Below, piece by piece: positions 37,401-48,008 of a stretch of 64,000 bases of DNA. Source of the DNA: Candidatus Iainarchaeum sp. (GTDB lineage Archaea > Iainarchaeota > Iainarchaeia > Iainarchaeales > 1-14-0-10-31-34); NCBI GenBank assembly GCA_017609625.1, contig JAFCDN010000004.1, positions 948-64,947 of the forward strand, read 5' to 3'. Made by a program: the position numbers and the translations under genes. The notes under the pieces were generated by a model, which saw only the letters and a list, made by a program, of their open reading frames with translations, did not search any database and was not told where the DNA came from. Position 1 is the stretch's first letter, and each line of letters opens with the position of its first letter.

Positions 37401-40400
37401 ATGGCTGGAACAAAAGAAACACAAATCCAAAAAAATCAGGAAAAATCTGTAATGCCAAAAACAAAAGAAACATCAGCAAAACAGATTTCAGCTGAAACTC
37501 TGGCAAAAGAATTCAAAGAACACTCTGTAGCAGAATTCTTCAAAAAAAACAGGCAAATGCTTGGATTAACAGGAAAAATCAGAACACTAACAACTATTGT
37601 GCACGAATATGTAACTAACAGCGTAACAGCTGATACCCCAACAGTAATAAGAGAAACTGGAGAAATGAAAATTGAAAGAATAGGAAAAATAGTTGACAAT
37701 TTGATGGAAAAAAATGGCTTTGAATGTTCCCAAAAACAAGAACTTGAATCTTTAAGAGATTTTAAGAAATTTGAGGTTTTATGTTTTGACAAAAAAACAA
37801 ACAAATTAAATTTCAAACCAGTAAAATCTATTCACAGACACCAAATGGGTTTAGAAGAAAAAATCTTTAAAATAAAAACTGTAGGGAACAGAACAGTTGA
37901 AGCAACAAAACACCACGGATTATTTACTCTAAGAGAAGGAAAGGTAACCGAAATAAAAGCAGAAGAACTATCAATTGGAGATTATTTAGTAGTTCCAAGA
38001 AAGAGTTGGATCGAAGAAACAAAAAAAGAAATAAACCTTTTAGAAGAAGCTTTAAAGTTGAGTGCTGAAGAATTAAAAGAGTTTAGTATTTTTGGAATAA
38101 AAGAAATTCTCTACAAAAATGAAGAACTTAAAAACAAAATAAAATCTCAATTAACAAAAAAACAAAGACATTATGATTTTTACAGAAATTATATGAAATG
38201 CAATAGATTGCCTATTAGGCTGTTAAAAATACTAAATGAAGAAGAAATAAAATATTTCTGTAACTGCTATATTGGAGCAAGACATTGCAAATACAAATTG
38301 CCAACAAAAATGCCGATAACAAAAGAACTAATGCATTTTTTGGGTTTGTATGCAGCTGAAGGAAGTACAAGAAAAACAATTGCAAATCCTTCACTATCTT
38401 TCGGTTCTCATGAAAAAGAACTAATTGAATACAGCTCTTTCTTAATCAAACACTTATTTGGATTTAACCCCCCACAAAGAAAAGCACACAACACAGCAGT
38501 CAATGTTGAAATGCCTTCAAAAACTGTATCCTTTATTTTAACAAAAATATTTAAATGTGGTTTTGGAGCCAGAGAAAAGAAAATTCCGGGAATTGTTTTT
38601 AGCACTTCAAAAGAACTTGCAAAAGAATTCCTGTTTGCATATTTAGCAGGAGATGGTTATCCCTCAGCAAAGATTTTTAGGAAACTGTTAAACGGAGATT
38701 TTAATTTAAAAGAAAAAATTGTTTTGGTTACAGGAAGCAAAGAATTCTCTATTGAAATTCAGTACCTCTTATCAGGCACAGGTTATTCATACAGTTTCAG
38801 TGAAAAAGAAGCAGAACAAAGAATTGTTGCAGGGAAAAAAGCTAATTTTGGAAAAGCCTACAAAATAGAATTTTACACAAATCAGAAAAATTCTCCATTA
38901 AGCTTTTTCCCACTTGAAATTGGAGGAATTCAAGCAGTAATTGAACCAAAACTTAAATGGGCAATAAACAAAAGAGGACAACAAACAGCCAGTTATGAAA
39001 AAATTGCTTCATTGAAACTAAACCAAGCAAAGGTTTCAGAAGAAACAGTGAATTTTATCGGAGGAGATTTAGGGTTATTGCAAATAAGTGAAATAGAAGA
39101 AAGAATTCCAAAAGAAAAAGAATATGTTTATGATTATTCAGTTGAAAACGACGAAAACTTTGTTGGGGGCTATGGAGCAATTTGCTTGCATAATTCAATT
39201 GATGCATGCGAATCTGCAAACATTCTTCCAGAGATTGAAATAAAAATCCAGGAATTAGGAAGTGAATCCTATGAAGTAACAATCAAAGACAATGGCCCTG
39301 GACTGACTAAAGATACTGTAGGAAAAGCTTTAGGGCAGTTGTTGGCAGGAACAAAATTCCACAGAATGATTCAGTCAAGAGGACAGCAGGGAATTGGAGC
39401 GGCAGGAGCAACAATGTATTCTCAGACAACAACAGGAAAACCAGTTAAAGTTATTTCAGGAACAGGAAAAGGAAAAGCTTTTTCTCTTGAATTAACAATT
39501 GACCCGAAAAAGAACCAGCCAAAAATAGAAAATTTCCAGGAGTTAGATAAAGAATTCAAAGGCCTGGCAATAAAAGCAAAAGTAAAAGATGTATTATATA
39601 GAATTTCAGAGCAGGGGCCTTTAGAATACGTCAGAAGAACTGCAATTGCAAACCCTCATGTTCAAATCAGCTTAATTGATCCAATAGGGCAAAAAACTTT
39701 ATTCAAAAGAAGCTCTAACAAGATTCCAAGGGCTCCAAAAGAAATTAAGCCTCATCCAAAAGGAATTACAGTAGATGAATTAGTTACAATGGCAAAATAT
39801 TCTGATGCAAGAAAAGTAGGCTCTTTTTTGAAAAACTCTTTTGACAGAATGGGAGACAACGCAATACAGGGAATAACCAAAATGGTTTCTTTTGATATGA
39901 ACATGGATCCAAAAAAAATGGAATGGAGTGATGCAGAAGAAATAATCAAAGCAATAAAACAGATTAATTTTATTGCTCCAACAACAGAAGGTTTAAGCCC
40001 GATAGGAGATGCACAAATTGAAACTTCACTTAAATCAATTGTCCAGCCAGAATTTTTAAAAGTTATTACAAGAAAAGCGCAGGTTTACAGCGGAGGATTT
40101 CCTTTCCAAGTGGAGGTTGCAGTTGCATTTGGAGGCAATGCAGGAAGAAGCTCTGGAAACGGAAACTCAGAAGAACATTTAAAGAGAATGGAAACAATGC
40201 GTTTTGCAAACAAAGTTCCATTGCTTTTTGATTCTGGAGGCTGTGCAATAACAAAAGCAGTGCAGACAATTGACTGGAAAAGATATGGAATACAAAATAT
40301 TGATGAAGCTCCATTAACTGTTTTTATTAATGTAATTTCAGTTCATATTCCTTATACTTCAGCAGGAAAACAGGCAATCTCAGATGAAGTTGAAGTACTG

Positions 40401-40754
40401 GAAGAAATCAGACTTGCATTGATGGATTCCGGCAGAAGAATTGCAAGGCATATTATCGGAAAAAAAAGAGAAAAAGAAAAACAAGCAAAGAAAAAAATGT
40501 ATATGAAATACGCAGTTGAAGTTGCAATTGCTTTAAGCGAATTAACAGGAAAAAACAAGCAGGAAATAGAGAAAAAATTATTAAATACTGTTTTGAAAAG
40601 ACTTAAAATGGAAGAACAAGAAGAAAAAAAAGAATTAAGTGATGAACAAATAGAAAAAGAAGTTGAAAAAGAAGCAAAGAAAAAAGAAAAAGCAGAAGAA
40701 AAAAAGAAAGGCAAAAAAACAGCAAAAATAAAAGGATTAAAGAAAGTAAAATAA
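37401..40754 (+). CDS. top6B: DNA topoisomerase VI subunit B with intein
   Basis: Bergerat ATP-binding fold (EYVTN[S...intein...]IDACE, IKDNGPGL, GQQGIGAAGA), transducer domain, K/E-rich C-terminal tail; extein about 592 aa. Confidence 0.85.
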   Translation: MAGTKETQIQKNQEKSVMPKTKETSAKQISAETLAKEFKEHSVAEFFKKNRQMLGLTGKIRTLTTIVHEYVTNSVTADTPTVIRETGEMKIERIGKIVDNLMEKNGFECSQKQELESLRDFKKFEVLCFDKKTNKLNFKPVKSIHRHQMGLEEKIFKIKTVGNRTVEATKHHGLFTLREGKVTEIKAEELSIGDYLVVPRKSWIEETKKEINLLEEALKLSAEELKEFSIFGIKEILYKNEELKNKIKSQLTKKQRHYDFYRNYMKCNRLPIRLLKILNEEEIKYFCNCYIGARHCKYKLPTKMPITKELMHFLGLYAAEGSTRKTIANPSLSFGSHEKELIEYSSFLIKHLFGFNPPQRKAHNTAVNVEMPSKTVSFILTKIFKCGFGAREKKIPGIVFSTSKELAKEFLFAYLAGDGYPSAKIFRKLLNGDFNLKEKIVLVTGSKEFSIEIQYLLSGTGYSYSFSEKEAEQRIVAGKKANFGKAYKIEFYTNQKNSPLSFFPLEIGGIQAVIEPKLKWAINKRGQQTASYEKIASLKLNQAKVSEETVNFIGGDLGLLQISEIEERIPKEKEYVYDYSVENDENFVGGYGAICLHNSIDACESANILPEIEIKIQELGSESYEVTIKDNGPGLTKDTVGKALGQLLAGTKFHRMIQSRGQQGIGAAGATMYSQTTTGKPVKVISGTGKGKAFSLELTIDPKKNQPKIENFQELDKEFKGLAIKAKVKDVLYRISEQGPLEYVRRTAIANPHVQISLIDPIGQKTLFKRSSNKIPRAPKEIKPHPKGITVDELVTMAKYSDARKVGSFLKNSFDRMGDNAIQGITKMVSFDMNMDPKKMEWSDAEEIIKAIKQINFIAPTTEGLSPIGDAQIETSLKSIVQPEFLKVITRKAQVYSGGFPFQVEVAVAFGGNAGRSSGNGNSEEHLKRMETMRFANKVPLLFDSGGCAITKAVQTIDWKRYGIQNIDEAPLTVFINVISVHIPYTSAGKQAISDEVEVLEEIRLALMDSGRRIARHIIGKKREKEKQAKKKMYMKYAVEVAIALSELTGKNKQEIEKKLLNTVLKRLKMEEQEEKKELSDEQIEKEVEKEAKKKEKAEEKKKGKKTAKIKGLKKVK
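37620..39194 (+). mobile_element. intein (525 aa) with LAGLIDADG homing endonuclease domain in Top6B
   Basis: inserted within the conserved NSxDA motif; starts SVTADTPTVIRETGE (Ser1); TKHHG block B; LAGLIDADG-like motifs FLGLYAAEGS and LFAYLAGDGY; ends ICLHN|S. Confidence 0.75.
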
Positions 40755-40827
40755 AAAAAAGGAGAAAAATAAAATAATTAAAAAAATTAAAGAAAAAAAA
40801 TTAAATTAAGAAAACGGTGTGTTGTAA

Positions 40828-41922
40828 ATGAGCAAAAAAGACAAAGAAGTAATTCAAAAACTAAAAGAAGTAGGAATAGACATTACAAAACAGATAGAAA
40901 AAGGAAATGACCCTTCTTATGAACTGCCTGTAAGAACTCTGAATAATGTTTTCTTTGACAAGAAAACAAAAACAATCAGATTAGGAGACAGGAAAAGCAC
41001 CAGACAGTTTTTGAATATTGCCCACACAAGAAAATTCATGCAGACAATGCTTGTAACCTCTGAAATAAGAAAAATAATAGAACAAGAAGCAACAATTTCT
41101 ATCAGAGATTTGTATTATGCTTTAAAGCACACAATTGAAGGAACAGAAGAAAACAGCTTTGAAGACCAGTCAGAATCCGATCCAATAATTGAGGATTTAG
41201 AATGTTCTTTAAATTTATTAAGAGAAGAACTTCATTTGGCTGCTTCAAGCAAAGGAGTTATTACAGGAAAACTAAAAATCAAAGACGGAAAAGACACAAT
41301 TGATTTAACCAAAATGGGTTCAGGAGGATGGGGGGTTCCATCAAATGTTGAGCCGGAAAAAATTGAAATAAAAGATTTAGATGCAGAATATGTTTTGTTT
41401 ATAGAAAAAGATGCTGTATGGAAAAGATTCAACGAAGACCAGTACTGGAAAAAACACAAATGCATTATTATAACAGGAAGAGGCCAGCCTTCTAGAGCAG
41501 AAAGAAGATTTGTGCAGAGATTAAATAAAGAGCATAAGCTTCCTGTTTTTGCTTTAATGGATGCAGACCCTTGGGGGATGTATATTTATTCTGTAATAAA
41601 ACAAGGTTCAATTTCTTTAAGTTATTCAGAAGAAAAACTTGCAACTCCAGCAACAAAATACATTGGCTTAACAGTTTCAGATGTTGAAACTTTTAAGATT
41701 CCAAAAGAAGTTACAATTAAATTAAACAAGCTTGATGTAAAAAGATTAAATGAAATGAAAAAATATGAATGGTTTAAGAAAAAAGAATGGCAGGATGAAT
41801 TTGATTTAATGAAAGAAAAAGCAATCAAGCTAGAATTGGAAGCTTTAAGCAAAAAAGGCATTCGATTTATCACAGAAAAATATTTACCGCAAAAAATCAA
41901 ATCAAATGATTTTTTGCCTTAA
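40828..41922 (+). CDS. top6A: DNA topoisomerase VI subunit A (Spo11 homolog)
   Basis: 364 aa; winged-helix with catalytic Tyr region; Toprim domain (LMDADPWGMYI); follows top6B. Confidence 0.85.
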   Translation: MSKKDKEVIQKLKEVGIDITKQIEKGNDPSYELPVRTLNNVFFDKKTKTIRLGDRKSTRQFLNIAHTRKFMQTMLVTSEIRKIIEQEATISIRDLYYALKHTIEGTEENSFEDQSESDPIIEDLECSLNLLREELHLAASSKGVITGKLKIKDGKDTIDLTKMGSGGWGVPSNVEPEKIEIKDLDAEYVLFIEKDAVWKRFNEDQYWKKHKCIIITGRGQPSRAERRFVQRLNKEHKLPVFALMDADPWGMYIYSVIKQGSISLSYSEEKLATPATKYIGLTVSDVETFKIPKEVTIKLNKLDVKRLNEMKKYEWFKKKEWQDEFDLMKEKAIKLELEALSKKGIRFITEKYLPQKIKSNDFLP

Positions 41923-41988
41923 TTCCTTTAAAAGCCTTTTTTCGGGTAAAAGTTAAATAAAGGGTTAAACATAATTTTTCTGATTTAA

Positions 41989-42594
41989 ATGCGTTTAAGA
42001 ACTCTTTTCAGAATCTCGGATGTAAGACTATTATTAACAGTTTTAATACTGATAATTTTTTATGTTTACGACAAGCTTAATGTGCAGAATCTTCCCTTGC
42101 TTATTGCAATTCTAATTGCCACGTACTTGCTTTCTTCCTTTATTGTGATTTATGCAAGAAGATTCAGAAAATTCTATAAAGGAACTGCAATTGCTTTTGA
42201 TATGGGGGGAGTGTTAACTAAAGGAGAATATTTTACTGAACAGATAGAAGAAATTCCTGGAATGAAAGATTTAATGAAAGAACTAAAAAAACACCATTTG
42301 ATTGCAATCTGTTCAAACAACAACTGGGAAGCATATTTAGCTCATGAAAAAAAATACGGCTGGGATGAGATATTTGATGTAGAAGTTTTATCAGGAAAAT
42401 ACGGAATACAAAAACCAGATCAAAGAATCTACAAGATTTTGTTGAAAGAGTTGGGGGTTAAACCTCAAAACTGTGTTTTTGTTGACGACAGAGAAGAAAA
42501 TGTCAATACTGCAATCAAATTAGGAATGAAAGGAGTTCTTTTTACTTCCCGCGCAGATTTAATTCAAAAACTTAGAAAATGGAATTACTTATAA
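41989..42594 (+). CDS. HAD-superfamily hydrolase with N-terminal TM helices
   Basis: motif I FDMGGVL, motif IV VFVDDREENV; 201 aa. Confidence 0.55.
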   Translation: MRLRTLFRISDVRLLLTVLILIIFYVYDKLNVQNLPLLIAILIATYLLSSFIVIYARRFRKFYKGTAIAFDMGGVLTKGEYFTEQIEEIPGMKDLMKELKKHHLIAICSNNNWEAYLAHEKKYGWDEIFDVEVLSGKYGIQKPDQRIYKILLKELGVKPQNCVFVDDREENVNTAIKLGMKGVLFTSRADLIQKLRKWNYL

Positions 42595-43527
42595 AGTAGT
42601 AATCGGCCTTGTCTGAAGAATAAATAATTTGTCTTTTTCTAATCCAAACTCTATATCCTGCGGAAAATTATAATGTGCTTCAATTTTTTTGCATAGCCCT
42701 GCTAACTCAATTATTTTTTGTCCTGAAAGTTTCTGGTTTTCCTGTTCTGAAGTTTTAACTTTCACTTTCTGTGTTTTTCCTGCTTTCAAAGTCAGCAGGT
42801 GTTCCTGCTGGTTTACTTCAATATTTTCAATAAACATTTCTTTTTTGTTTACAACGTATTTATCCGGAGTGACTGCGCCGGAAACAACGCTTTCACCTAA
42901 ACCAAAAGCGGCTTCAATTATTATTTCTTCTCTGTTTTTTGTTATTGGATTTACTGTAAATACTACCCCGCTTGATTCTGATTCAACCATTTTTTGCACT
43001 ACTACTGCTACAGCAACTTTTTTTGAACTAAGTTTTTTTTCTATTCTGTAAAAAATCGCTCTAGGGGTAAACAAAGAACTCCAGCATTTTTTTACTGCTT
43101 GTATCAGCCCTTTTTTTTGGATATGCGTGTATGTTTCTAATTCTCCTGCCCATGAAGCATCTTTTGCATCTTCTGCTGTAGCAGAGCTTCTTACAGCAAC
43201 ATAATTTGCTTTCAGTGAAGAGAATTCTTTTAGAATTGATTTTTCTATTTCTGCAGGAACTTTTCCTTTTCCAATCTGTTTTCTAATATTCTCTGAAGCT
43301 TTGTTTACTGAATCAGTTTTTTTTGGATTAACTTTTTTTAATTCAGCTTTAATCACTTTTTCCAATTGATTTGCTTCTATAAAGTAGTTGAATGAATCCA
43401 CTAAAACAACAAAACCATCTGGAACAGGAATTTTTGAATTAAACATTTCTCCTAACTGCGCTCCTTTGCCTCCAGCAATTGAAACGCTTTTTTTATTGAG
43501 TTTTTTGAAAGGCTGAACAAAATTCAT
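42589..43527 (-). CDS. stand-alone PEP-synthase/PPDK-type ATP-grasp nucleotide-binding domain protein (PPDK_N)
   Basis: 312 aa; N-terminal SIAGGKGAQLGEM...IPVPDGFVV is the hallmark of the PEP synthase / pyruvate phosphate dikinase / rifampin phosphotransferase ATP-binding domain; ends ...ILQTRPIT with no His or TIM-barrel domains. Confidence 0.75.
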   Translation of the reverse strand: MNFVQPFKKLNKKSVSIAGGKGAQLGEMFNSKIPVPDGFVVLVDSFNYFIEANQLEKVIKAELKKVNPKKTDSVNKASENIRKQIGKGKVPAEIEKSILKEFSSLKANYVAVRSSATAEDAKDASWAGELETYTHIQKKGLIQAVKKCWSSLFTPRAIFYRIEKKLSSKKVAVAVVVQKMVESESSGVVFTVNPITKNREEIIIEAAFGLGESVVSGAVTPDKYVVNKKEMFIENIEVNQQEHLLTLKAGKTQKVKVKTSEQENQKLSGQKIIELAGLCKKIEAHYNFPQDIEFGLEKDKLFILQTRPITTL

Positions 43528-43549
43528 TTTCTCAACTCCATTTATTAAC

Positions 43550-44992
43550 TCACTTGAGTTTTTTAATTATTCCTTTTTTTGCATCAACTTCAATTAAATC
43601 ATTATCTTTAAGCAAATCTGTTGCGTGTTGGGTTCCAATAATACAAGGAATCCCAAATTCTCTGCTTATAATTGCAGCATGAGAAGTCATTCCTCCAGTA
43701 TCAGTTACTATTGCTGCAGCTTTTTTTATTGCTGGAACTAAATCAGGAGTAGTCATTGGAGAAACCAAAATGTTTCCTTTCTTCATTTTTGAAAGGTCTG
43801 ATGGCTTGAAAATTATCTTTACTTTTCCTGAAACTTTTCCCATGCAGGCTATTGTTCCTTTAATTTCGGCTTCAGGTTTTTCAAAATTCAGATTTTTCAT
43901 GAATTTTTTTCCTTTTAATCCAACATAAATAAACTGTTTTTTTCCTTTTTGAACATAAACCGAGTAATTCCATCTTTTCTTTAATTCTTTTCTCCATTTT
44001 TTAGGATTGCTTAAGGCTTTTTCTAATTCTTCTGCAAACAGATATCTGCTTTCTTTTAATTTAACTCCAATTCTTTTTGAAATCTCTTTTAATAAAGGTT
44101 CCATTAAATAAAGTGATTTAGACATCAAGCCTTTTCTGTATTCTTTAAAATAAGCTAATTCTCCTAACAGCAAAGCCATTTTCACTCCTTTAGTTTTTTT
44201 TGCTTTCTTTCTTGTTTTTTGAACTTTTATTTTCTCAGAGTTTATGGCTTTAATTATTTTTTCAGGTTTTTTTAGGCATTCTTTCAGAATTTTTTCAAAT
44301 TCTTTTTTTTCTAATTGATTTCCTTCATAATCATATGGAAGCCATTTCCATTCTTTAATATGTTTTTCAAAGTCTTTCCAGAACTTGCTTTTTTTGAATT
44401 CTTTGAATAAAGTGATTTTTTTCTTTTTTGCTTTTAATGCCAGCTTTGTCAATTCAAGTTTGTTTTTTGTTTCCCAAGAAAAACCCGCTGGAACAGATAA
44501 AACAGTAATAAGTTTTGTTGCTTTTTCAAACCCAAACTCTTTTTTTAATTGTTTTGAAGCCATTTTTTCCAAAGAAAAATCACACATAAAAGGAATTGCT
44601 GCAGGAATATAAGCATCAGAATAAGCTTTGCAGTATGCTTTGAATAATTTATTTAATCCTAAATTAGTTGTTTTTTTGTTAACTTTATTTGCTTTTCTTG
44701 CAACCTTAAGCAATTTTTTATTTCTTTTTTCAAAATCTTTCAACACTTTTTTTAATAAAAGTTTTTTTGAAACAATTTTTTCTGCTATTTTGTTTCCGCT
44801 GGAATGAAAATCTTCTCTGACAAAATAGCCTTTACTTTTTCCTTTTTCAAAATCAGTTAAAACGATTTTTTGTGAAGTTCCTGCATAACTTTTAATTCTA
44901 TTTGTAAAAACATCAAACAACAAATTGATTGGAAACAGACTGAGCTTTAGAGTGTATTGTTTATAGAACCCAGCTGAAGGCGTTTTTTTCAT
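43550..44992 (-). CDS. paralog 5 of 5: novel N-terminal domain + C-terminal PEP-utilizing phosphohistidine swivel domain
   Basis: 480 aa; C-terminus GNILVSPMTTPDLVPAIKKAAAIVTDTGGMTSHAAIISREFGIPCIIGT matches the PEP-utilizers mobile domain with the catalytic His; 4-nt overlap with the upstream paralog. Confidence 0.7.
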   Translation of the reverse strand: MKKTPSAGFYKQYTLKLSLFPINLLFDVFTNRIKSYAGTSQKIVLTDFEKGKSKGYFVREDFHSSGNKIAEKIVSKKLLLKKVLKDFEKRNKKLLKVARKANKVNKKTTNLGLNKLFKAYCKAYSDAYIPAAIPFMCDFSLEKMASKQLKKEFGFEKATKLITVLSVPAGFSWETKNKLELTKLALKAKKKKITLFKEFKKSKFWKDFEKHIKEWKWLPYDYEGNQLEKKEFEKILKECLKKPEKIIKAINSEKIKVQKTRKKAKKTKGVKMALLLGELAYFKEYRKGLMSKSLYLMEPLLKEISKRIGVKLKESRYLFAEELEKALSNPKKWRKELKKRWNYSVYVQKGKKQFIYVGLKGKKFMKNLNFEKPEAEIKGTIACMGKVSGKVKIIFKPSDLSKMKKGNILVSPMTTPDLVPAIKKAAAIVTDTGGMTSHAAIISREFGIPCIIGTQHATDLLKDNDLIEVDAKKGIIKKLK

Positions 44993-46476
44993 TTTTTCGC
45001 CCTCTTTAGTATTCTGATTATTCCATGATATGCGTCTAATTCTATTAGGTCGTTATCCTTTAAATATTCTGTTGCTTTTTGAACCCCAACAACACATGGT
45101 TTGTTTAATTCCCTTGAAACAATTGCTGCATGACATGTCATTCCACCCTGCTCTGTAACTATTCCTGCCGACCTTTTCATTGCAGGAACTAATTCAGGCT
45201 GGGTTGCAAGAGAAACCAGTATTTCTCCTTCAAATAATTTATCCATTTCTTCAATGCTGTTAACTATTTTTACTTTTCCTTTAATCAACCCAGGAGAAGC
45301 AATCTGGCCATTTAACTGGTTTTTCTTTTTTGAAACTTTTTCTCTTACAACCAGTTCATGGAATTTTTTTCTGGCTTTTTCTCCGAAAAAAACCTTGTCT
45401 CCGTTAACATCTGAAACCACAGTCATTAATTTGCTTCTTTTAAGCAGTTCTTTTTGGTTAAAAGGAATTTTTTTCATCAAATGTTCTCTTAATTCTCTTC
45501 TGGTTAAAAATCCCAAAAGGTTTTTTGGGATAAAATGTTTTTTTGAAACTACTTTGCATAACTTTGAGATTAAATAAAAAGAGCAAACCATAATTTCTTT
45601 TCTAAATCCTTTCAAAAAAATTATTTCCCTAGCTAAATCAAAAAAATATTCATCTTCTCTGCTTAACTTTAATTTTTTTTTTGCTTTTCTTATTTTTTTC
45701 TTTAATTCTTTTTTTTCTGTTTTGATTTTTTTTAGGTTGTATTCCAGTTCACTGCTTTTAATCAAATCCTTTATTTCTTCTTTATAGAATTCAATTGAAG
45801 CTTCAGGCCCGTTAAAACCAAAAGTTATCCACCCAAAGTTTTTTCTGTGCGCTTCCAATAATTTGTTTTTTTGCTTTTCTCTTAATTTTTTTGTTTTGAA
45901 TTTTTTTGAGATTAAAAGCAGTGCTTTTCTTTCTTTTGAAGAGAAAGTGTCATCTAACGGAGCAGTCAAAACTGAAAAATAATCTGCGCTTCTTTTGCTT
46001 AACTGTCTTTCTGAAATCAGCTTAATAAGTTTTTTGTTTAAATGATTTGTTAGAAGGTTGTTCCAGAAATCTATCCCAACAAAAGTCCAGCCGCTGTAAG
46101 TAACGTTTTTGTCGTATTTGTAAATCAAATCAAGGTATTTTACAATCTGCTTGTCTGAAAGAGAGTTTAAATCCATTGAATTGAATTTTTTCAGCAGATT
46201 AACCATTTTTTCTGCATAAAAAAAATGAATCTTTTTTTCTTTCCAGATTTTTTTCCTGTTTTTTTTGTATAACTTAAACTGGTGTTTTCCTACTTTAGCC
46301 CACCAATTAACATCCTGAGCCCATTCAATATGGCCTTTCTCCAATCTTATTACAGTGCACGGAGAAACACTTCCAAAAGGCTTTTTTGCGGTTTTTTCAT
46401 TCCATTCATCACAGTTAAAAGAATAGGCAAAGTAATTTGCATCAAATTCATGGATTGTAATCTGCAGTTTTTTCAT
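44989..46476 (-). CDS. paralog 4 of 5: N-terminal domain + PEP-utilizing phosphohistidine domain
   Basis: 495 aa; C-terminus ...GGMTCHAAIVSRELNKPCVVG; shared internal motifs (FxxLTxP, GWxxFGxxGP, LKGxRKE) with the other paralogs. Confidence 0.7.
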   Translation of the reverse strand: MKKLQITIHEFDANYFAYSFNCDEWNEKTAKKPFGSVSPCTVIRLEKGHIEWAQDVNWWAKVGKHQFKLYKKNRKKIWKEKKIHFFYAEKMVNLLKKFNSMDLNSLSDKQIVKYLDLIYKYDKNVTYSGWTFVGIDFWNNLLTNHLNKKLIKLISERQLSKRSADYFSVLTAPLDDTFSSKERKALLLISKKFKTKKLREKQKNKLLEAHRKNFGWITFGFNGPEASIEFYKEEIKDLIKSSELEYNLKKIKTEKKELKKKIRKAKKKLKLSREDEYFFDLAREIIFLKGFRKEIMVCSFYLISKLCKVVSKKHFIPKNLLGFLTRRELREHLMKKIPFNQKELLKRSKLMTVVSDVNGDKVFFGEKARKKFHELVVREKVSKKKNQLNGQIASPGLIKGKVKIVNSIEEMDKLFEGEILVSLATQPELVPAMKRSAGIVTEQGGMTCHAAIVSRELNKPCVVGVQKATEYLKDNDLIELDAYHGIIRILKRAKK

Positions 46477-48008
46477 TCTTTTCCGCTCTTTAATTTTTTA
46501 ACTATTCCGTGGTTTGCATTAACATTAATCAAATCTCCGTCTTCGAATACTTTTGTAGCAATTTTTGTTCCGATAACACAAGGTGTGTTTAATTCTCTGC
46601 TTACTATTGCAGCGTGGCATGTTACTCCTCCGATATCTGTTACTATCGCAGAAGCTTTTTTCATTGCAGGGACAAGGTTTGGATTGGTTGCATGAGAGAC
46701 AAGAATGTCCCCTTCATTCATTTTCTTCATTTCTTCCGGAAGGTTGATTATTTTTGCAATTCCTTTAACCATTCCAGGAACTGCAGTACTTCCCTCCAGT
46801 TTGGTTATCTTGTATTCTTTTGGACTCGGAACCTGCTTAGCATAAAATTCTGCTTTTTTCCCCGTCAATGTCTTGCTTTTCCCATTAATGCAGATATAAA
46901 CGCTAAACCTGAATCTCTCATTCAATTCTTGCGGATTAAAAGCATTCTTCAGAATTGCGTTTTTGAATTCGCTTGGCCAAATACATCTTAATTGATTAAG
47001 TGAAAGCCCAAGTCTTTTTCCTACTTCTCTTAAAAAAGGCTCATAAGAAAAAAAAGAATAGTAAAGTGAATCTTTTCTCAAACCTTTCAGGTAAATAATC
47101 TGCCTTGAAATATTTAATAACTTCTGGTGTTTAACATCAACTGAAAGTTTTTGAACAAGTTCTTTTTGTTTTTCTTTAACTTTAACAATCCGCTCACTCA
47201 TTTTTTCCAAAAGCAAGGCAAGATTTTCTTCTGATTTAATTAAGCCTTTAATCTGTTGGATAAAATAATCTTTTTCCCAAGCAGGGCCAATATACATATA
47301 AGGAAGCCATCTGAAATTAATGTAATGATTTTCAATTTTTTTGCTGATTTTTTTATTTATTAAAGGAAGCAGTTTAATGATTTCCTCTGGTTCTTTTTCA
47401 AGAAAAAGTTTTCTTGTTTCAGTATCATTTAACACAATTAAAGAAAGCTCTATGATTTGTTTTTCCTGTTTAAGCTGAAAAGATTCATTGTGAGGGGTTG
47501 TCAGCAGGCTGAACACTTCTGCAACTCTTAAAGAAAGTTTTTTTTCCTCAATTTTTTGTTTTAAATATTTTTTTAAGTAATTTGAAAGGAGTTCATGGTC
47601 CCATTCAATCATTGTGGGAAGCATTCCAAAAACATGGCATTTACTGTGAATTTGCATATGTTTGGAAAAAACTTTTTCCAGCTCTTTTTTTGACATCACA
47701 GAAAAATCTGTTTTTTTCATTTTTTTTGAGCTTTCAATTAATTTGCCTGCTGTCTTTTCCAAGAGTCTATTTATTTTAATCAGCCAATCTGGATTGCTTA
47801 AAGTTTTTTCAAAAGTTTTTTTTCCCGCTGCAGTAAACTTTTTTCTTGGCCAACAAAAAAATACGTTTCCTTTCTCAAACACAGACAAAACATCAATTGT
47901 CATACCAATATCTTTTTTCATTCCTTTCCCCCAATATTCGTAAACAGGTTCAAGCAAATGAAAATGTGTTTTTGGAATCTCTTCTGCAATAAACCAGTCT
48001 TTTTTCAT
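46473..48008 (-). CDS. paralog 3 of 5: N-terminal domain + PEP-utilizing phosphohistidine domain
   Basis: 511 aa; C-terminus ...GGVTCHAAIVSRELNTPCVIG; clear similarity to paralog 2 throughout. Confidence 0.7.
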   Translation of the reverse strand: MKKDWFIAEEIPKTHFHLLEPVYEYWGKGMKKDIGMTIDVLSVFEKGNVFFCWPRKKFTAAGKKTFEKTLSNPDWLIKINRLLEKTAGKLIESSKKMKKTDFSVMSKKELEKVFSKHMQIHSKCHVFGMLPTMIEWDHELLSNYLKKYLKQKIEEKKLSLRVAEVFSLLTTPHNESFQLKQEKQIIELSLIVLNDTETRKLFLEKEPEEIIKLLPLINKKISKKIENHYINFRWLPYMYIGPAWEKDYFIQQIKGLIKSEENLALLLEKMSERIVKVKEKQKELVQKLSVDVKHQKLLNISRQIIYLKGLRKDSLYYSFFSYEPFLREVGKRLGLSLNQLRCIWPSEFKNAILKNAFNPQELNERFRFSVYICINGKSKTLTGKKAEFYAKQVPSPKEYKITKLEGSTAVPGMVKGIAKIINLPEEMKKMNEGDILVSHATNPNLVPAMKKASAIVTDIGGVTCHAAIVSRELNTPCVIGTKIATKVFEDGDLINVNANHGIVKKLKSGKE

